Assembly (NCBI GenBank): GCA_038062895.1
Contig: JBBTWJ010000011.1
Coordinates: 1 to 48,237, forward strand
DNA length: 48,237 bases
Direction of reading: 5' to 3'
Source of the DNA: Patescibacteria group bacterium
GTDB taxonomy: Bacteria; Patescibacteriota; Microgenomatia; UBA10105; UBA927
The notes below the pieces were generated by a model. The model saw only the letters and a list, made by a program, of their open reading frames with translations. It made no database searches and was not told the DNA's origin. Within the stretch, counting starts at the first letter, position 1; each line of letters starts with the position of its first letter. Positions 1 through 9,850 of this stretch are shown here, piece after piece. Made by a program: the position numbers and the translations under genes.

Positions 1-192
1 TAAAGACAAAATATTTTTTTACCGAAGATGCACAAAATGTATTGACATATTACCAAATGTTTTACAAAACAACATGCTGTCCAAGCACGTGCTTGGTCGA
101 TATGTTGTCGTGTGATCTTCCCATACACTCCCGTAATTTCCCGTTAACTCACGTCTGCACCCGGCTTATCTCTTATTTTCTCCTAATTCCTC

Positions 193-2025
193 TTAATCTC
201 TCTTCATCTGAAATCTAAACTCTGTTGTGGTTTGGTCAGTCATAAACCGGTGGGCGCCCGTGGCAAGCTCTATTGTTTGATTAGTCCGTATCTCTTTTCC
301 ATCGATCATGATTGTTGCTGTATTTGGTTCGATCGTCACGGTATAGTTTTCTGCCACGATAACCGTCAAGGCATTCGTTGACCGGCTGCCAGCCGGTTTT
401 TTTTCCATATCGTATTGTACACACGCGCCCGATTGACAGCGATATGTTTGGCCGAGGGAGTAGAGTTTGCTTAAGGGTACCCCCGGCGCGGAGGGGTTGC
501 CCATAGGTAAATAATTGGTCAGAAGAAATGCCTTGTCCGCGTCGAGACTTTTCCAAAATACAAATCCCACCCGGTCCATGACGAGGAATTTAGTTTGCCT
601 TGCGATGAGTGACTCCCGAAGTTCACGCTCAAGGCCCGGCCTTGAGGCTAGAAGTTGTCCAAACTCTGCATACGGATGGCAGCAAATAAAGTATCCATCC
701 GGACGGAAGACGTAAGAGCCCACCATGTCATAGACTGACTCATTGGGCTTCGTTATTTTTAACACATCCCGGATGACTTGCAATTGTTCGCTATTTCCCG
801 CTCCCGGCGCCGTACGTTCACGATACTGGAGGAAGACGGAGGAGAGGAGGAGGACTGGGATGGTCATCCCCGCGAAGGCGGGGATCCAGCGTAAATTGGG
901 AACTGGATTCCGGGTCAAGCCCGGAATGACAGATAATGTATATCCCCCCAACACGCTTGCCGCCACCGACAACGGTAGTAAATATTGCACGTACGGCACA
1001 GGGAAGATGGCAACGAAGAGGATATTCCCTCCGATAAAAAGTATCCAAAATAGTCCCATGCGCTTATTTGATGGACACGTGTCCGGTACAGAAGACACTT
1101 GGTTTGGATGGAAAAATAGGAGCGCGAGCCCGATAATTCCCGATATCCATACTCCGGTATTGACCGCCCATGGGAGGCTCACGCCCCCTTGGGTCAGATA
1201 AATGAGGGGATAGGGAGACAGGAGTAGGAGGGGGGAGAATCCGCCCTTACCAATCGTCACTGCGAGAGCGTCTTTCGTGATGCTCGTGATTGCCTGGGGG
1301 ATGAGATTATTGACGCCCAGATACCCCAAGAATCCCAAACCAACAAGTCCGACTCCTATAAACCATGGGAGCAGGATTTTCAAGGCCACTCCTTTGGCTG
1401 TTAACCCTGAGTTTCGAAGGGCAAGGGGTGGCCTTATGAAATTTTGAAATAATAAAAGATACAGAACTGCCGGTAATCCAAAAATAATTTTAGGAAAAAC
1501 GATCACACTCGCGCCAAACATCACCCCTGATAGCAAAATTTTAGCCTCAAAAGGTCTCACCTTTTGAGGCTGGAAAAGCAACAGAACATTTCCAAAATAA
1601 AGAAGGAGCATCACCATGTCCGGTCGGACGTCAATCGTTTTATCGATGGTCACCGGGAAGGTCAGGAAGATGAGGGTGGCAAGAAGTGCAGGTATCGTGT
1701 CTGTGATTTTTTTCGTCATCTGATACACCATCCACGCACACAATCCATACATGATACACATGAGGATTCGACTTGCTATGAGAAAGTTTACAGAGTCTCC
1801 GGTCAGAGCGAGGAAGGGCGAGAGAAACCACGGGAATCCCGGCAGGATATAAAAGAAAAAATCGCGGTAGGGAATATATCCATGAGTGATGAGCCACGTC
1901 CAATGCAGGTAGGCAAACTCGTCCGGATCAAAGGCGCGCGTGATGGCTAGATGTAATCGCATGAATAAAATTATGGCGATGATACCTATTAGAAGGAGAT
2001 GGAAATATTTTTTTATTTTTTCCAT
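193..2025 (-). CDS. GT-C fold multi-pass membrane glycosyltransferase (ArnT/PMT_2-like); paralog of 43234..44892
   Basis: 610 aa; FDPDEFAYL acidic motif after first TM, GYIPYRDF, DVRPD, many TM helices; contains several in-frame palindromic inserts. Confidence 0.7.
   Translation of the reverse strand: MEKIKKYFHLLLIGIIAIILFMRLHLAITRAFDPDEFAYLHWTWLITHGYIPYRDFFFYILPGFPWFLSPFLALTGDSVNFLIASRILMCIMYGLCAWMVYQMTKKITDTIPALLATLIFLTFPVTIDKTIDVRPDMVMLLLYFGNVLLLFQPQKVRPFEAKILLSGVMFGASVIVFPKIIFGLPAVLYLLLFQNFIRPPLALRNSGLTAKGVALKILLPWFIGVGLVGLGFLGYLGVNNLIPQAITSITKDALAVTIGKGGFSPLLLLSPYPLIYLTQGGVSLPWAVNTGVWISGIIGLALLFFHPNQVSSVPDTCPSNKRMGLFWILFIGGNILFVAIFPVPYVQYLLPLSVAASVLGGYTLSVIPGLTRNPVPNLRWIPAFAGMTIPVLLLSSVFLQYRERTAPGAGNSEQLQVIRDVLKITKPNESVYDMVGSYVFRPDGYFICCHPYAEFGQLLASRPGLERELRESLIARQTKFLVMDRVGFVFWKSLDADKAFLLTNYLPMGNPSAPGVPLSKLYSLGQTYRCQSGACVQYDMEKKPAGSRSTNALTVIVAENYTVTIEPNTATIMIDGKEIRTNQTIELATGAHRFMTDQTTTEFRFQMKRD
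627..650. repeat. Degenerate REP-like hairpin, in-frame in CDS (LASRPGLE)
   Basis: CTCAAGGC-CCG-GCCTTGAG followed by GCTA; resembles the family A core. Confidence 0.5.
863..930. repeat. Family C bipartite palindromic element (GTCAT...ATGAC), in-frame
   Basis: GTCATCCCCGCGAAGGCGGGGATCCAG...CTGGATTCCGGGTCAAGCCCGGAATGAC; reads VIPGLTRNP...WIPAFAGMT on the - strand. Confidence 0.9.
1382..1435. repeat. Family D hairpin with 18-bp nested insert, in-frame
   Basis: AAGGCCACTCCTT...AAGGGGTGGCCTT; same arms as 3240..3275 but 18 bp longer. Confidence 0.8.
1543..1571. repeat. 29-bp REP-like palindrome variant, in-frame
   Basis: AGCCTCAAAAGGT-CTC-ACCTTTTGAGGCT, preceded by TT; same length and architecture as families A/B. 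Confidence 0.85.
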
Positions 2026-2043
2026 ATTTTTATTGTCATAATC

Positions 2044-2082
2044 ATTGGGTTATTGGTCGGATTGGTCAGGATTGGTCGGATT
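2044..2082. repeat. ATTGGTC-type 9/10-mer tandem array, intergenic
   Basis: ATTGGGTT ATTGGTCGG ATTGGTCAGG ATTGGTCGG ATT; same family as the arrays at 43.1 and 45.0 kb. Confidence 0.85.
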
Positions 2083-2111
2083 TTTATATTATGTAATAGT
2101 ATACTACCCCT

Positions 2112-3728
2112 ATGCCGAGAATCACGGTCGAACGGTTTATCGTTGGTTTGATTATCATTGCAGCAATTCTTCTGAGTCTTTCTCAAACGATCCTCTATCT
2201 CTGGCAGACGCCTGAGGGCTTTACGTTTCCGCTGATTCATAATTTCGTCGAAGATTATTACCAGTATCTGGATATCATGCGCCAGGGATTCGACGGATGG
2301 TGGGGGGCGACCAGTCGATTGACGCCGGAAGTATTGCCGCGCATGATGGTGAGCCTATTCCTTCTTTTATTAGGTCACGCTGCACGGATATTCCATGTGT
2401 CGGTTCCCGTCATGTATACCGTCGCCCGTGTCGGCGGAGGGATAGCGCTCATGATTCTTGTCTATCAACTGATCAGGCTGGTATTTCCTCAATCATTTGC
2501 CAAACGATTCACGGCCCTATGTATCGTCCTGTTTAGCACTTATTTCTGGGGGTGGGGGAGCGCGGGGCCGGTCGTCGCAACGCTTCCCCATGCATGGACG
2601 GAGTTTGACCCCATCTTCCGCTGGTCGTTCGTCCCGCATCACCTTTGGAGTAAAGTGGGGATGCTTGCCGTATTTCTTCTCCTCATCGATGGAGAAACGC
2701 GGAGTCGATTCAGAAAACGTATTTATATACTCCTGGTCGTGGCCCTTGTGATAGGTATGGGATTTACCAATCCTGTGGTTTACGTCACCTTCATACCAAC
2801 CATCATTTTATATGCCGTTCTGACGCTCCATATCAAATCAAAGCTAAGCTTTGAAATTGGAGTGGCCATGGTTGCGGTTGCTGTCGCAGGACTCGTGACG
2901 CTTTATCACCGGTATCTGCAAACAAATATTTTCCCGTGGACAAGCTATCTGCTGTGGGAAAAAACATTGAGTTACAAAGTGAATCCGGTTGATTACGCAC
3001 TCAGTTTTGGGCCAACGCTCGTATTTTTTTTACTCGCCGTTCCCACGATTTGGCGCATGGGGCGGGTAGGGAGCCTTCTCCTTGCTTGGGCGGGCAGCAG
3101 CTGGATCATGCTCTATATCGTAGGTCCCTTAGTTCCCGTCACGCCGGAGCGTTACCTCGGCGGCTATCAATTCATTCCCCTTGGCATCGGGGCAGTTGGA
3201 GGGATATGGGTGATTGCTCAATGGTTTGATCGCGTCTTAAAGGCCACTCCCTTGGCGTTTGCAAGGGGTGGCCTTATGAAATTTGTATTGATTGTGATTC
3301 TTTTCAGTTATTTTTCCATTGGCCTTTATGCCAGTTTCATTGAACATACCGGGTATGTATCGGCCAATCGGAACAATCCACAAGTCTACGTCCCCAATGA
3401 TTTGATGGATGCATTTGCGTATTTACGTCAAAATAGTCAGTCCGAAGATGTCGTGATGGCCCCGTACGAGATCAGTACAATGATACCGGGACTTACGGGC
3501 AGGAGAGTCGTCGCCGGACACGTCATGTTTACCCAGGACGTCGGCGTTAAACGCGCTGCGATCAATGAGTATTTTACGACCCGCGATTCCGCCGCCGCCC
3601 AACGCATACTTTCTTCGTTCAACGTCCGTTGGGTGCTTGCGCCCTCCTCATGGATACTTCCCCAAGATATTGGTTTCGTGAAGAGGTTTGGCAATAGAAC
3701 GTATGCTCTCTATGCTACAAAAAATTGA
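2112..3728 (+). CDS. Multi-pass membrane protein, probable GT-C glycosyltransferase (paralog of 4020, 36810, 38616)
   Basis: 538 aa; EDYYQYLDIMRQG motif after TM1; C-terminal IPGLTGRRVVAGH soluble domain. Confidence 0.6.
   Translation: MPRITVERFIVGLIIIAAILLSLSQTILYLWQTPEGFTFPLIHNFVEDYYQYLDIMRQGFDGWWGATSRLTPEVLPRMMVSLFLLLLGHAARIFHVSVPVMYTVARVGGGIALMILVYQLIRLVFPQSFAKRFTALCIVLFSTYFWGWGSAGPVVATLPHAWTEFDPIFRWSFVPHHLWSKVGMLAVFLLLIDGETRSRFRKRIYILLVVALVIGMGFTNPVVYVTFIPTIILYAVLTLHIKSKLSFEIGVAMVAVAVAGLVTLYHRYLQTNIFPWTSYLLWEKTLSYKVNPVDYALSFGPTLVFFLLAVPTIWRMGRVGSLLLAWAGSSWIMLYIVGPLVPVTPERYLGGYQFIPLGIGAVGGIWVIAQWFDRVLKATPLAFARGGLMKFVLIVILFSYFSIGLYASFIEHTGYVSANRNNPQVYVPNDLMDAFAYLRQNSQSEDVVMAPYEISTMIPGLTGRRVVAGHVMFTQDVGVKRAAINEYFTTRDSAAAQRILSSFNVRWVLAPSSWILPQDIGFVKRFGNRTYALYATKN
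3240..3275. repeat. Family D hairpin, in-frame (KATPLAFARGGL)
   Basis: AAGGCCACTCCCTTG...CAAGGGGTGGCCTT. Confidence 0.8.
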
Positions 3729-3753
3729 GCCTCGTCCTTTTTTGATCTATAAT
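3725..3753 (+). promoter_or_regulatory. Putative sigma70 promoter
   Basis: TTGAGC-N17-TATAAT upstream of the ORF at 3771. Confidence 0.55.
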
Positions 3754-3770
3754 CATACAAAGAAAAAAAT

Positions 3771-3962
3771 ATGCCACAATCACCGGAACAGGCAGCCGCA
3801 GCGAGAATCGAGCGAATCTTTGAAGCAAAGAGATTTGCGACTGATTCCCGAAGCGCAGGGATAGAGCCAACCTTACCAAGGTTTCATGCGCATTTACGTC
3901 AAAAGAAGGCTGTGTCGTTAGGACAACCCGTCATGGAACAACCCAAGCGAAAACATCGTTGA
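3771..3962 (+). CDS. Small hypothetical protein
   Basis: 63-aa ORF filling an intergenic gap, with an upstream promoter-like motif. Confidence 0.45.
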   Translation: MPQSPEQAAAARIERIFEAKRFATDSRSAGIEPTLPRFHAHLRQKKAVSLGQPVMEQPKRKHR

Positions 3963-4019
3963 ACTCTTCATTCATATTTGTCCCTTGCTCATTGGTGATT
4001 TTTCCATAGAATAGGGGAC

Positions 4020-5843
4020 ATGAGAGATAAAGTATTTGGTTTCCTCATTATCCTCTTTCTTGCGGCCTCCCTTGCCCCTGCGTACTACGAGATCATCCAC
4101 GCTGATCGCTTGCCACCGATCCGCGAATTTGAACTCGTCCACAACTTTCCCACGGATTTTAATTTTTATTTATCAAGAATCCGGCAGGGGATAGAAGGCA
4201 ACATCACTGTTAAAGAGCAATATACCAGCGAGCCCCATCAGGGATCATTCATCCACATTTTTTATCTCTTTTTAGGCTGGCTTGGGGCTTGGGTGCGGGT
4301 TCCCTGGCACCGGGCCGCGGACGTGTACCACGTGGCCCGTATTGTCTTCGGCGGCCTCCTCCTCGTCCTGATTGCCCAGTTTTGCAAGAAAACATTTGAA
4401 ACGTGGAGGGTGTCATCCTCGGGCTTGACCCGAGTATCCAGTTTAAAACAAATTCTGGATTCCCGCCCGCTTCGACTCAGCGAGGCGAGCTTTCGCGGGA
4501 ATGACAGCTTAGGTATTCTTGCCTTCCTGCTCTCCGTCACCGCCTCCACTTGGCCCAAGATTGTGGCCGTTATAAACAACCAGGTCGTCCCGGCAACGCT
4601 TGCCAATATCACCAGCTGGCGGTTCGGCGGCTACATGCCATGGTGGTCCGTCATGGATTCGCTCCAACGGATCACGTTCATCCCGCACCTCCTGGTCGGC
4701 CAGGCGCTCATTATCTTTTTCGTTATGGCGCTTAGTGATGAAGCGACCATGAAAAAGTCGGGCAACTGGATATTTTTGGGAATTATTACGTTTATCGAAG
4801 GCATCATCTTCCCTCCGGGATTATTATTTATCATTGTCACCATTGGCGCCCTATCATGCCTTGAACTGTCAAATAATCTCAAATTGTTAGCTTCGCAAGG
4901 CCTGGCCTTGCGAAGCTGGATCATAAAAATTATGATCCCCCGCGCTGTGGCGCTCGGCCTGGGCTTGCCCTCCCTTATCTACCTCTCCCTCATGACCTCC
5001 TTTTATCCGTGGAAGCGGCTCGCCGAGTTTGACATCATCAAACCCCTGCCGTTTGACTACATAGAGTATTTGAAGGCTGTCGGACCCATTCTTCCCTTGG
5101 GAATTATCGGACTTCTGGTCGCGTTGAAAATGAAAGAACGTCGGATGTTTCCGGCCGTCGCCTGGGTCATTGCGTGGGCACTGCTTCTTTTTATTTTCAA
5201 ATTCATCCCTGCCCAGTCACCCCTCCGGTTTAGTGAAATGATCCCGCACGTCCCGCTGGCCGTTCTGACGGCATACTTATTCTGGTGGGGATTAGGGGCG
5301 AGTATAAAGTATTTAGGAAGAGGTAGAATCATTCTTGCCTATATACTAAATACTATACCCTTACTCCTCATTATTCTCGGCTTGGGCATCATGTTTTCCT
5401 CCTTCCTTTGGCAGCGTGATTTTGTCGATCATAAGATGCGGGCGGCCTTCCCCCTGGTCCCTACCGGCAGTTACGTCATGTATCCGCTCAAGGATTTTAT
5501 CTCGGCCATCCGTTTTATCCAGGATGCCACGACGCGCCAAACCATCATCCTTTCGGAAACCACGGCGGGCAACTATATGCCGGTGTATAGCGGCAATACG
5601 GTCTATGTGGGGCACGCCAATACGGTCCGCGCTGAAGAGAAGGAGGCGAAGGTCAAAGAGTTTTTTTCCGGCCGCATGAAACCCGCAGAAACAGAAGCGT
5701 GGATGACCCACGAAAATCTTCATTGGGTTTTCTACGGCCCACAGGAGAAAGAGGACGGGGGGATAGGGGACCTCGCAAAAGTTTACCCGTTCATGCAGCA
5801 AGCATATAAAAATTCTTTTGTGACGGTGTACCGGTATCCGTAA
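4020..5843 (+). CDS. Multi-pass membrane protein, probable GT-C glycosyltransferase
   Basis: 607 aa; DFNFYLSRIRQG and YTSEPH motifs; C-terminal MPVYSGNTVYVGH; paralog of 2112. Confidence 0.6.
   Translation: MRDKVFGFLIILFLAASLAPAYYEIIHADRLPPIREFELVHNFPTDFNFYLSRIRQGIEGNITVKEQYTSEPHQGSFIHIFYLFLGWLGAWVRVPWHRAADVYHVARIVFGGLLLVLIAQFCKKTFETWRVSSSGLTRVSSLKQILDSRPLRLSEASFRGNDSLGILAFLLSVTASTWPKIVAVINNQVVPATLANITSWRFGGYMPWWSVMDSLQRITFIPHLLVGQALIIFFVMALSDEATMKKSGNWIFLGIITFIEGIIFPPGLLFIIVTIGALSCLELSNNLKLLASQGLALRSWIIKIMIPRAVALGLGLPSLIYLSLMTSFYPWKRLAEFDIIKPLPFDYIEYLKAVGPILPLGIIGLLVALKMKERRMFPAVAWVIAWALLLFIFKFIPAQSPLRFSEMIPHVPLAVLTAYLFWWGLGASIKYLGRGRIILAYILNTIPLLLIILGLGIMFSSFLWQRDFVDHKMRAAFPLVPTGSYVMYPLKDFISAIRFIQDATTRQTIILSETTAGNYMPVYSGNTVYVGHANTVRAEEKEAKVKEFFSGRMKPAETEAWMTHENLHWVFYGPQEKEDGGIGDLAKVYPFMQQAYKNSFVTVYRYP
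4411..4506. repeat. Family C element with nested insert, in-frame
   Basis: TGTCATCCTCGGGCTTGACCCGAGTATCCAG...CTGGATTCCCGC[CCGCTTCGACTCAGCGAGGCGAGC]TTTCGCGGGAATGACA. Confidence 0.85.
4889..4917. repeat. Family A 29-bp REP palindrome, in-frame (LASQGLALRS)
   Basis: AGCTTCGCAAGGC-CTG-GCCTTGCGAAGCT. Confidence 0.95.
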
Positions 5844-5857
5844 GATTTTTTTAGGTT

Positions 5858-6613
5858 ATGTCCGCTACATATAGCGTATCGCATTATCGGGAGATCGCAA
5901 AGGTAGATGCCCAGCATTTCTGGTTTCGCGCGCGCGGGGCTATGCTTACTGCGCTTATCAAACAGTTGGTACCAAAAGACAAACGGGGTTCGTTTTTAGA
6001 AGTTGGCTGTGGGACCGGCATCGTGTTGGGGCAATTACAGGCTTTGGGTTTTAGTGTCACAGGGTTGGACGTCAATCAAACGGCGTTGGATTGGGCGAAG
6101 CGCAAGTGTCCGGACGCGCATTTGATCCGTCAATCAATTTATTCCTTTACCAGTCCGCACCGGTTTGGGGCAGTCGGTGCATTTGATGTTCTGGAACACC
6201 AGACACAGGATGTCCTATTTTTGAAACGGTGTTGGGCATTGTTAGAAAAGGAAGGGACGCTCTTTCTTACGGTGCCTGCGGGTCAGTGGCTCTGGAGCAG
6301 GATTGATGTGATATCGGGGCATAAGCGGCGGTATGAGGTAGAGGATCTGCGGGAGAGGCTGCGTATCGCGGGGTTTCATGTGCAGTTTATGAATTATTGG
6401 AATGTTTTTCCTTTGCCATGGTATATGCTTTTTCGGATCTATGCCACCCATCAAAGGTTTGTTCCGACCGTGCCGATGTACCTCCATGTGCCCAATGGTT
6501 TTATCAACACCCTGTTGTATTATTTGTTACGGGTAGAACAATTGTTATTTTTTACACTCCCGTTTCCCCGGGGCGCGACACTCGTCGTATGCGCTAGGAA
6601 AGTGACGTCATGA
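5858..6613 (+). CDS. Class I SAM-dependent methyltransferase
   Basis: FLEVGCGTG motif I, FDVLEH, TVPA...GHKRRY; typical of glycan-cluster methyltransferases. Confidence 0.85.
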   Translation: MSATYSVSHYREIAKVDAQHFWFRARGAMLTALIKQLVPKDKRGSFLEVGCGTGIVLGQLQALGFSVTGLDVNQTALDWAKRKCPDAHLIRQSIYSFTSPHRFGAVGAFDVLEHQTQDVLFLKRCWALLEKEGTLFLTVPAGQWLWSRIDVISGHKRRYEVEDLRERLRIAGFHVQFMNYWNVFPLPWYMLFRIYATHQRFVPTVPMYLHVPNGFINTLLYYLLRVEQLLFFTLPFPRGATLVVCARKVTS

Positions 6614-8886
6614 ATAAGTTCTTTGGACTGGTAAAACCGTATATTCTTCCGGTTAGTATGTATGGTCTGGTCATTGCTCTTGTTTTTGGCCGGGCACTTA
6701 TCCCCGGAGGAGGCCCGCCTGCCGGCGAGGCAGGGGAGATGATCTGGGGCGATGATATCCACCGGGCGTACTATTTTTACCGGCAGTTTTTTAATAACTT
6801 TTTGGCTCAAGGCATATGGCCGTGGTGGAACCCCTATACCTTCGCGGGGGCTCCGTTTATGGCAAACCCGATCGTGAACATCTGGTACCCGCCGACGTGG
6901 TTCTTTGTCCTGTTACCCCTCAATTTCGCGTACTCCTGGCACATCGCGCTCCACTTATTGTGGGCGATGATGGGGATGTTCATCCTGCTTCGCAAAATTC
7001 CAAATTCCAAATTCCAAATTCCAAAATTGGGCGCATGGATCGGAGGCCTCATCTTTGGCCTGTCCGGCTTCTTCGTGGCCCGCATTTGGGCCGGGCACGT
7101 GGATGTCATCGCAGCAGCCAGTTGGATGCCGTGGGTGGTGTCGGCTTTTACACAATTAATGCACGCCCAGGTCGGCGCGTCGTCATTCTCACATCGTCAA
7201 GGTCCGCGCCTTTTATCATCCCATCACGACTTTTTTGCCAAGGCCGTGACGATGTTCGAAACGTCGCGCTTCCCCGCGCGCGAATGTGTTATTGCTGCCG
7301 TTGTTCTTGCTCTCCAGCTTTTTGCCGGGTATCAGACGATGGCCATGCTGACCCTGGAGGCGGTGGGGATCATGACGGTGATCATGCTCATCGCCGGACG
7401 TGCGCCTTTGCGGATGATTGTACAAACGATTGGACGAATCGCATTGAGCGTGGGTATTGCTATCGGGCTTTTTGCAATCGTCCTTCTGCCGCAACAGGAA
7501 TTATTCCGTCAATCGATCAGGACGTATGCCTTGCCGTATTCCTGGAATGCATACGGATCACTGACGTGGCAAAGTTTGGGGCAGTTCATCAACCCCTTTT
7601 TCTTTGGGGATCAGTTGACGTACCGCGGCCCACCGCCCAATTTTGCCGAGCACGCCTTCTTTGTGGGAAGAGGGACGATACTTCTATTGATGATTGCGTT
7701 GTCTGCATGGTTTATTCGTACTATCCGCTGGATTAATCCGACCAATCCAACCAATAGCCCAATCCGACCAATTAATGCATCAATGAAGCAATGGAGCAAT
7801 GGAAGAAGTTGGCTTGTAATCTTTTCGATGATTGCAGGTTTTGGCCTTTGGGTTTCCTTGGGTCCCAATGCGCCGATTGACCTTCAATATATTCTCTGGA
7901 ATATGATCCCGATGTACCATTTTCTCCGCATTCCGCCGCGACATCTTATCCTCGTCGCCTTCGGATTAAGCGCACTCATCGGTTTGTCCGTTGCCTATTT
8001 GAGCGCTTTTTTGTCATCCCGGCCCTTGAGCCGGGATCCAGTTCAAAAAATTTTATATGTTTTTCCCATATTGTTGGCAGTGTTGATTGCAACCGAGATG
8101 ATTCTTTATTCCCGTCATTTCATCGCGCTGAAGCCATTGCCGGAAACGCGTCATGACGCGGCGTTAATCAACATATTGAAACAAGATAAACAGCCGTATC
8201 GTGTGCTCACCAATTTCGGGGCGTGGGCGCCGCCACGGGATAGTTTCGATTTTGACGCGGGGATGCAGTATGGGGTTTTCAACGCGACCGGCTACGACAC
8301 GATGATCCTCAAGACGTACTATGCATTTATTGATGCGGCAAACGGCGCAAAAAGTCCCAGCATTCTCGAGCACGATGTGCAGATCCCGTACCTCAATGTG
8401 TTTTCGAAAGCCACGGATACCCTCAATATTAAATATATTCTTCACCCGCGGGCGTATGATCCGCTCTTCGGGAGTAAGGATCCCCGGTTCCGCCTTATTC
8501 GTGAAGATGTCGCGCGTGATTACCGGCTGTATGAAAATACCAGCGCGCTCCCGCGGTTTTATTTTGTCGATAATAAAGGAGGGAGGGTGGAAATTGAGAA
8601 ATATTCACCCAATGAAATCGTGCTGACGACGCAGTCGGCGGCAGGCGCAACACTCATGAGTTCGGAAGTATATTATCCCGGATGGGAAGGATTTATCGAT
8701 GGACAAAAGGTAGACATTATGAAGGTAAATAACACATTTCGAGCACTTTTTGTCCCTTCCGGCAATCACACGGTGATCTATCGCTATTCTCCCCGGATTT
8801 TTTGGATTGGTGGGGGCATCACGTTGTGCACGATGCTTGCAATCGCTTTTTGGCTGCGTAAACGCTCGTATCGAGTCAATCTATGA
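6610..8886 (+). CDS. YfhO-family membrane protein (paralog 1)
   Basis: PWWNPYTFAGAP near N-terminus; C-terminal SEVYYPGWEGFIDG...FRALFVPSGNHTV. Confidence 0.8.
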   Translation: MNKFFGLVKPYILPVSMYGLVIALVFGRALIPGGGPPAGEAGEMIWGDDIHRAYYFYRQFFNNFLAQGIWPWWNPYTFAGAPFMANPIVNIWYPPTWFFVLLPLNFAYSWHIALHLLWAMMGMFILLRKIPNSKFQIPKLGAWIGGLIFGLSGFFVARIWAGHVDVIAAASWMPWVVSAFTQLMHAQVGASSFSHRQGPRLLSSHHDFFAKAVTMFETSRFPARECVIAAVVLALQLFAGYQTMAMLTLEAVGIMTVIMLIAGRAPLRMIVQTIGRIALSVGIAIGLFAIVLLPQQELFRQSIRTYALPYSWNAYGSLTWQSLGQFINPFFFGDQLTYRGPPPNFAEHAFFVGRGTILLLMIALSAWFIRTIRWINPTNPTNSPIRPINASMKQWSNGRSWLVIFSMIAGFGLWVSLGPNAPIDLQYILWNMIPMYHFLRIPPRHLILVAFGLSALIGLSVAYLSAFLSSRPLSRDPVQKILYVFPILLAVLIATEMILYSRHFIALKPLPETRHDAALINILKQDKQPYRVLTNFGAWAPPRDSFDFDAGMQYGVFNATGYDTMILKTYYAFIDAANGAKSPSILEHDVQIPYLNVFSKATDTLNIKYILHPRAYDPLFGSKDPRFRLIREDVARDYRLYENTSALPRFYFVDNKGGRVEIEKYSPNEIVLTTQSAAGATLMSSEVYYPGWEGFIDGQKVDIMKVNNTFRALFVPSGNHTVIYRYSPRIFWIGGGITLCTMLAIAFWLRKRSYRVNL
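6714..6734. repeat. 21-bp GC-rich mini-insert (PPAGEAG), in-frame
   Basis: CCCGCCTGCCGGCGAGGCAGG; exactly 7 extra residues relative to YfhO paralogs 2 and 3; related sequence at 32331..32352. Confidence 0.7.
6995..7022. repeat. (AAATTCC)x4 tandem heptamer inside CDS
   Basis: Four perfect copies; reads KIPNSKFQIPK. Confidence 0.9.
7161..7282. repeat. About 120-bp imperfect stem-loop element, in-frame
   Basis: Arms ACATCGTCA (7191) and TGACGATGT (7247); homologous element at 15060..15183. Confidence 0.7.
7735..7772. repeat. AATCCGACC-type array inside CDS (INPTNPTNSPIRPI)
   Basis: Reverse complement of the ATTGGTCGG family. Confidence 0.8.
8012..8041. repeat. Family C half element, in-frame
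   Basis: TGTCATCCCGGCCCTTGAGCCGGGATCCAG. Confidence 0.8.
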
Positions 8887-9623
8887 AATCAAAAGGAAAA
8901 ATTGTATTTGTCACCGGATCTTCGCGGGGGATCGGGCGGGCGATTGCGTTGGAGTTTGCCCGTCTGGGATACACCGTCATCATTCATGCATCGCATGCGT
9001 CGCGCGAAGCGGTTGAGTCGCTGACCCGTGTCAAGCGGTTATCGTCAAAAAGTGATGCCGTGTATTTTGATGTCACCGATCCCCAGGCCGTTTCGAAAGG
9101 ATGTGCAGAGATTCTCAAACGGTTTGGCCACGTCGACATCCTCGTCAACAATGCAGGGATCGTCCGCAATGTGTTATTTGCCAAAATGACCACCGAGGAC
9201 TGGGATATCGTTATGAAGACCAATGTCTATGGCGCGTTTTATGTGACGAAACAAGTGCTTCCTTCCATGATTGCGGCGGGGTGGGGGAGGATTCTCTTTC
9301 TTTCTTCTATCAGTGGGGTACGCGGAGATTTTGGACAAACCAATTACAGTGCCTCTAAGGCAGCATTGATTGGTTTGACAAAGTCGCTTGCCAAAGAAGT
9401 CGCCCGCTTTGGCATCACGGTGAACGCAATAGCCCCCGGACTCGTGGAGACTGACATTCTCAAAGACGTCCCCGCCTCGTATATGGAAGCGATGATCAAA
9501 CAAATTCCTTTGGGCCGCAAAGCACGGCCGGAAGAAATTGCAAGCCTCGCTGTCTACTTGGCGAGCCAAGATGCCGGATATATTACCGGCGCTGCCATCC
9601 CCGTCAACGGCGGTTGGATGTGA
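8883..9623 (+). CDS. FabG-like short-chain dehydrogenase/reductase
   Basis: TGSSRGIG, VNNAG, NYSASKA catalytic YxxxK, C-terminal VNGG. Confidence 0.85.
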   Translation: MKSKGKIVFVTGSSRGIGRAIALEFARLGYTVIIHASHASREAVESLTRVKRLSSKSDAVYFDVTDPQAVSKGCAEILKRFGHVDILVNNAGIVRNVLFAKMTTEDWDIVMKTNVYGAFYVTKQVLPSMIAAGWGRILFLSSISGVRGDFGQTNYSASKAALIGLTKSLAKEVARFGITVNAIAPGLVETDILKDVPASYMEAMIKQIPLGRKARPEEIASLAVYLASQDAGYITGAAIPVNGGWM

Positions 9624-9640
9624 TGTGGTAAAATAGACAC

Positions 9641-9850
9641 ATGAGAAATTGGTCGGTGGATGAACAGTATCTTAAAAAATTCCCTCTCAAGTATAAGCTT
9701 TGGAAACTGATTCAGTCACTTTCGTATGGTCTGGACAATGAGAAGCTAGATAAAAGAGAGGTCGTCAAGCATTGGGATAGAATAAAAGATCAATTAGATC
9801 CCGGTCGCAGGGATTATATTCATTTTCTGTTATGGGGCAATCCGTTTTAA
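9641..9850 (+). CDS. Small putative antitoxin partner of the AbiEii-like toxin
   Basis: 69 aa, overlaps the downstream NTase start; extended -10 TGGTAAAAT 6 nt before ATG. Confidence 0.55.
   Translation: MRNWSVDEQYLKKFPLKYKLWKLIQSLSYGLDNEKLDKREVVKHWDRIKDQLDPGRRDYIHFLLWGNPF

Noticed and set aside
6816-7736. 306-aa alternative-frame ORF
   Set aside because: Nested in the YfhO gene, with atypical composition.
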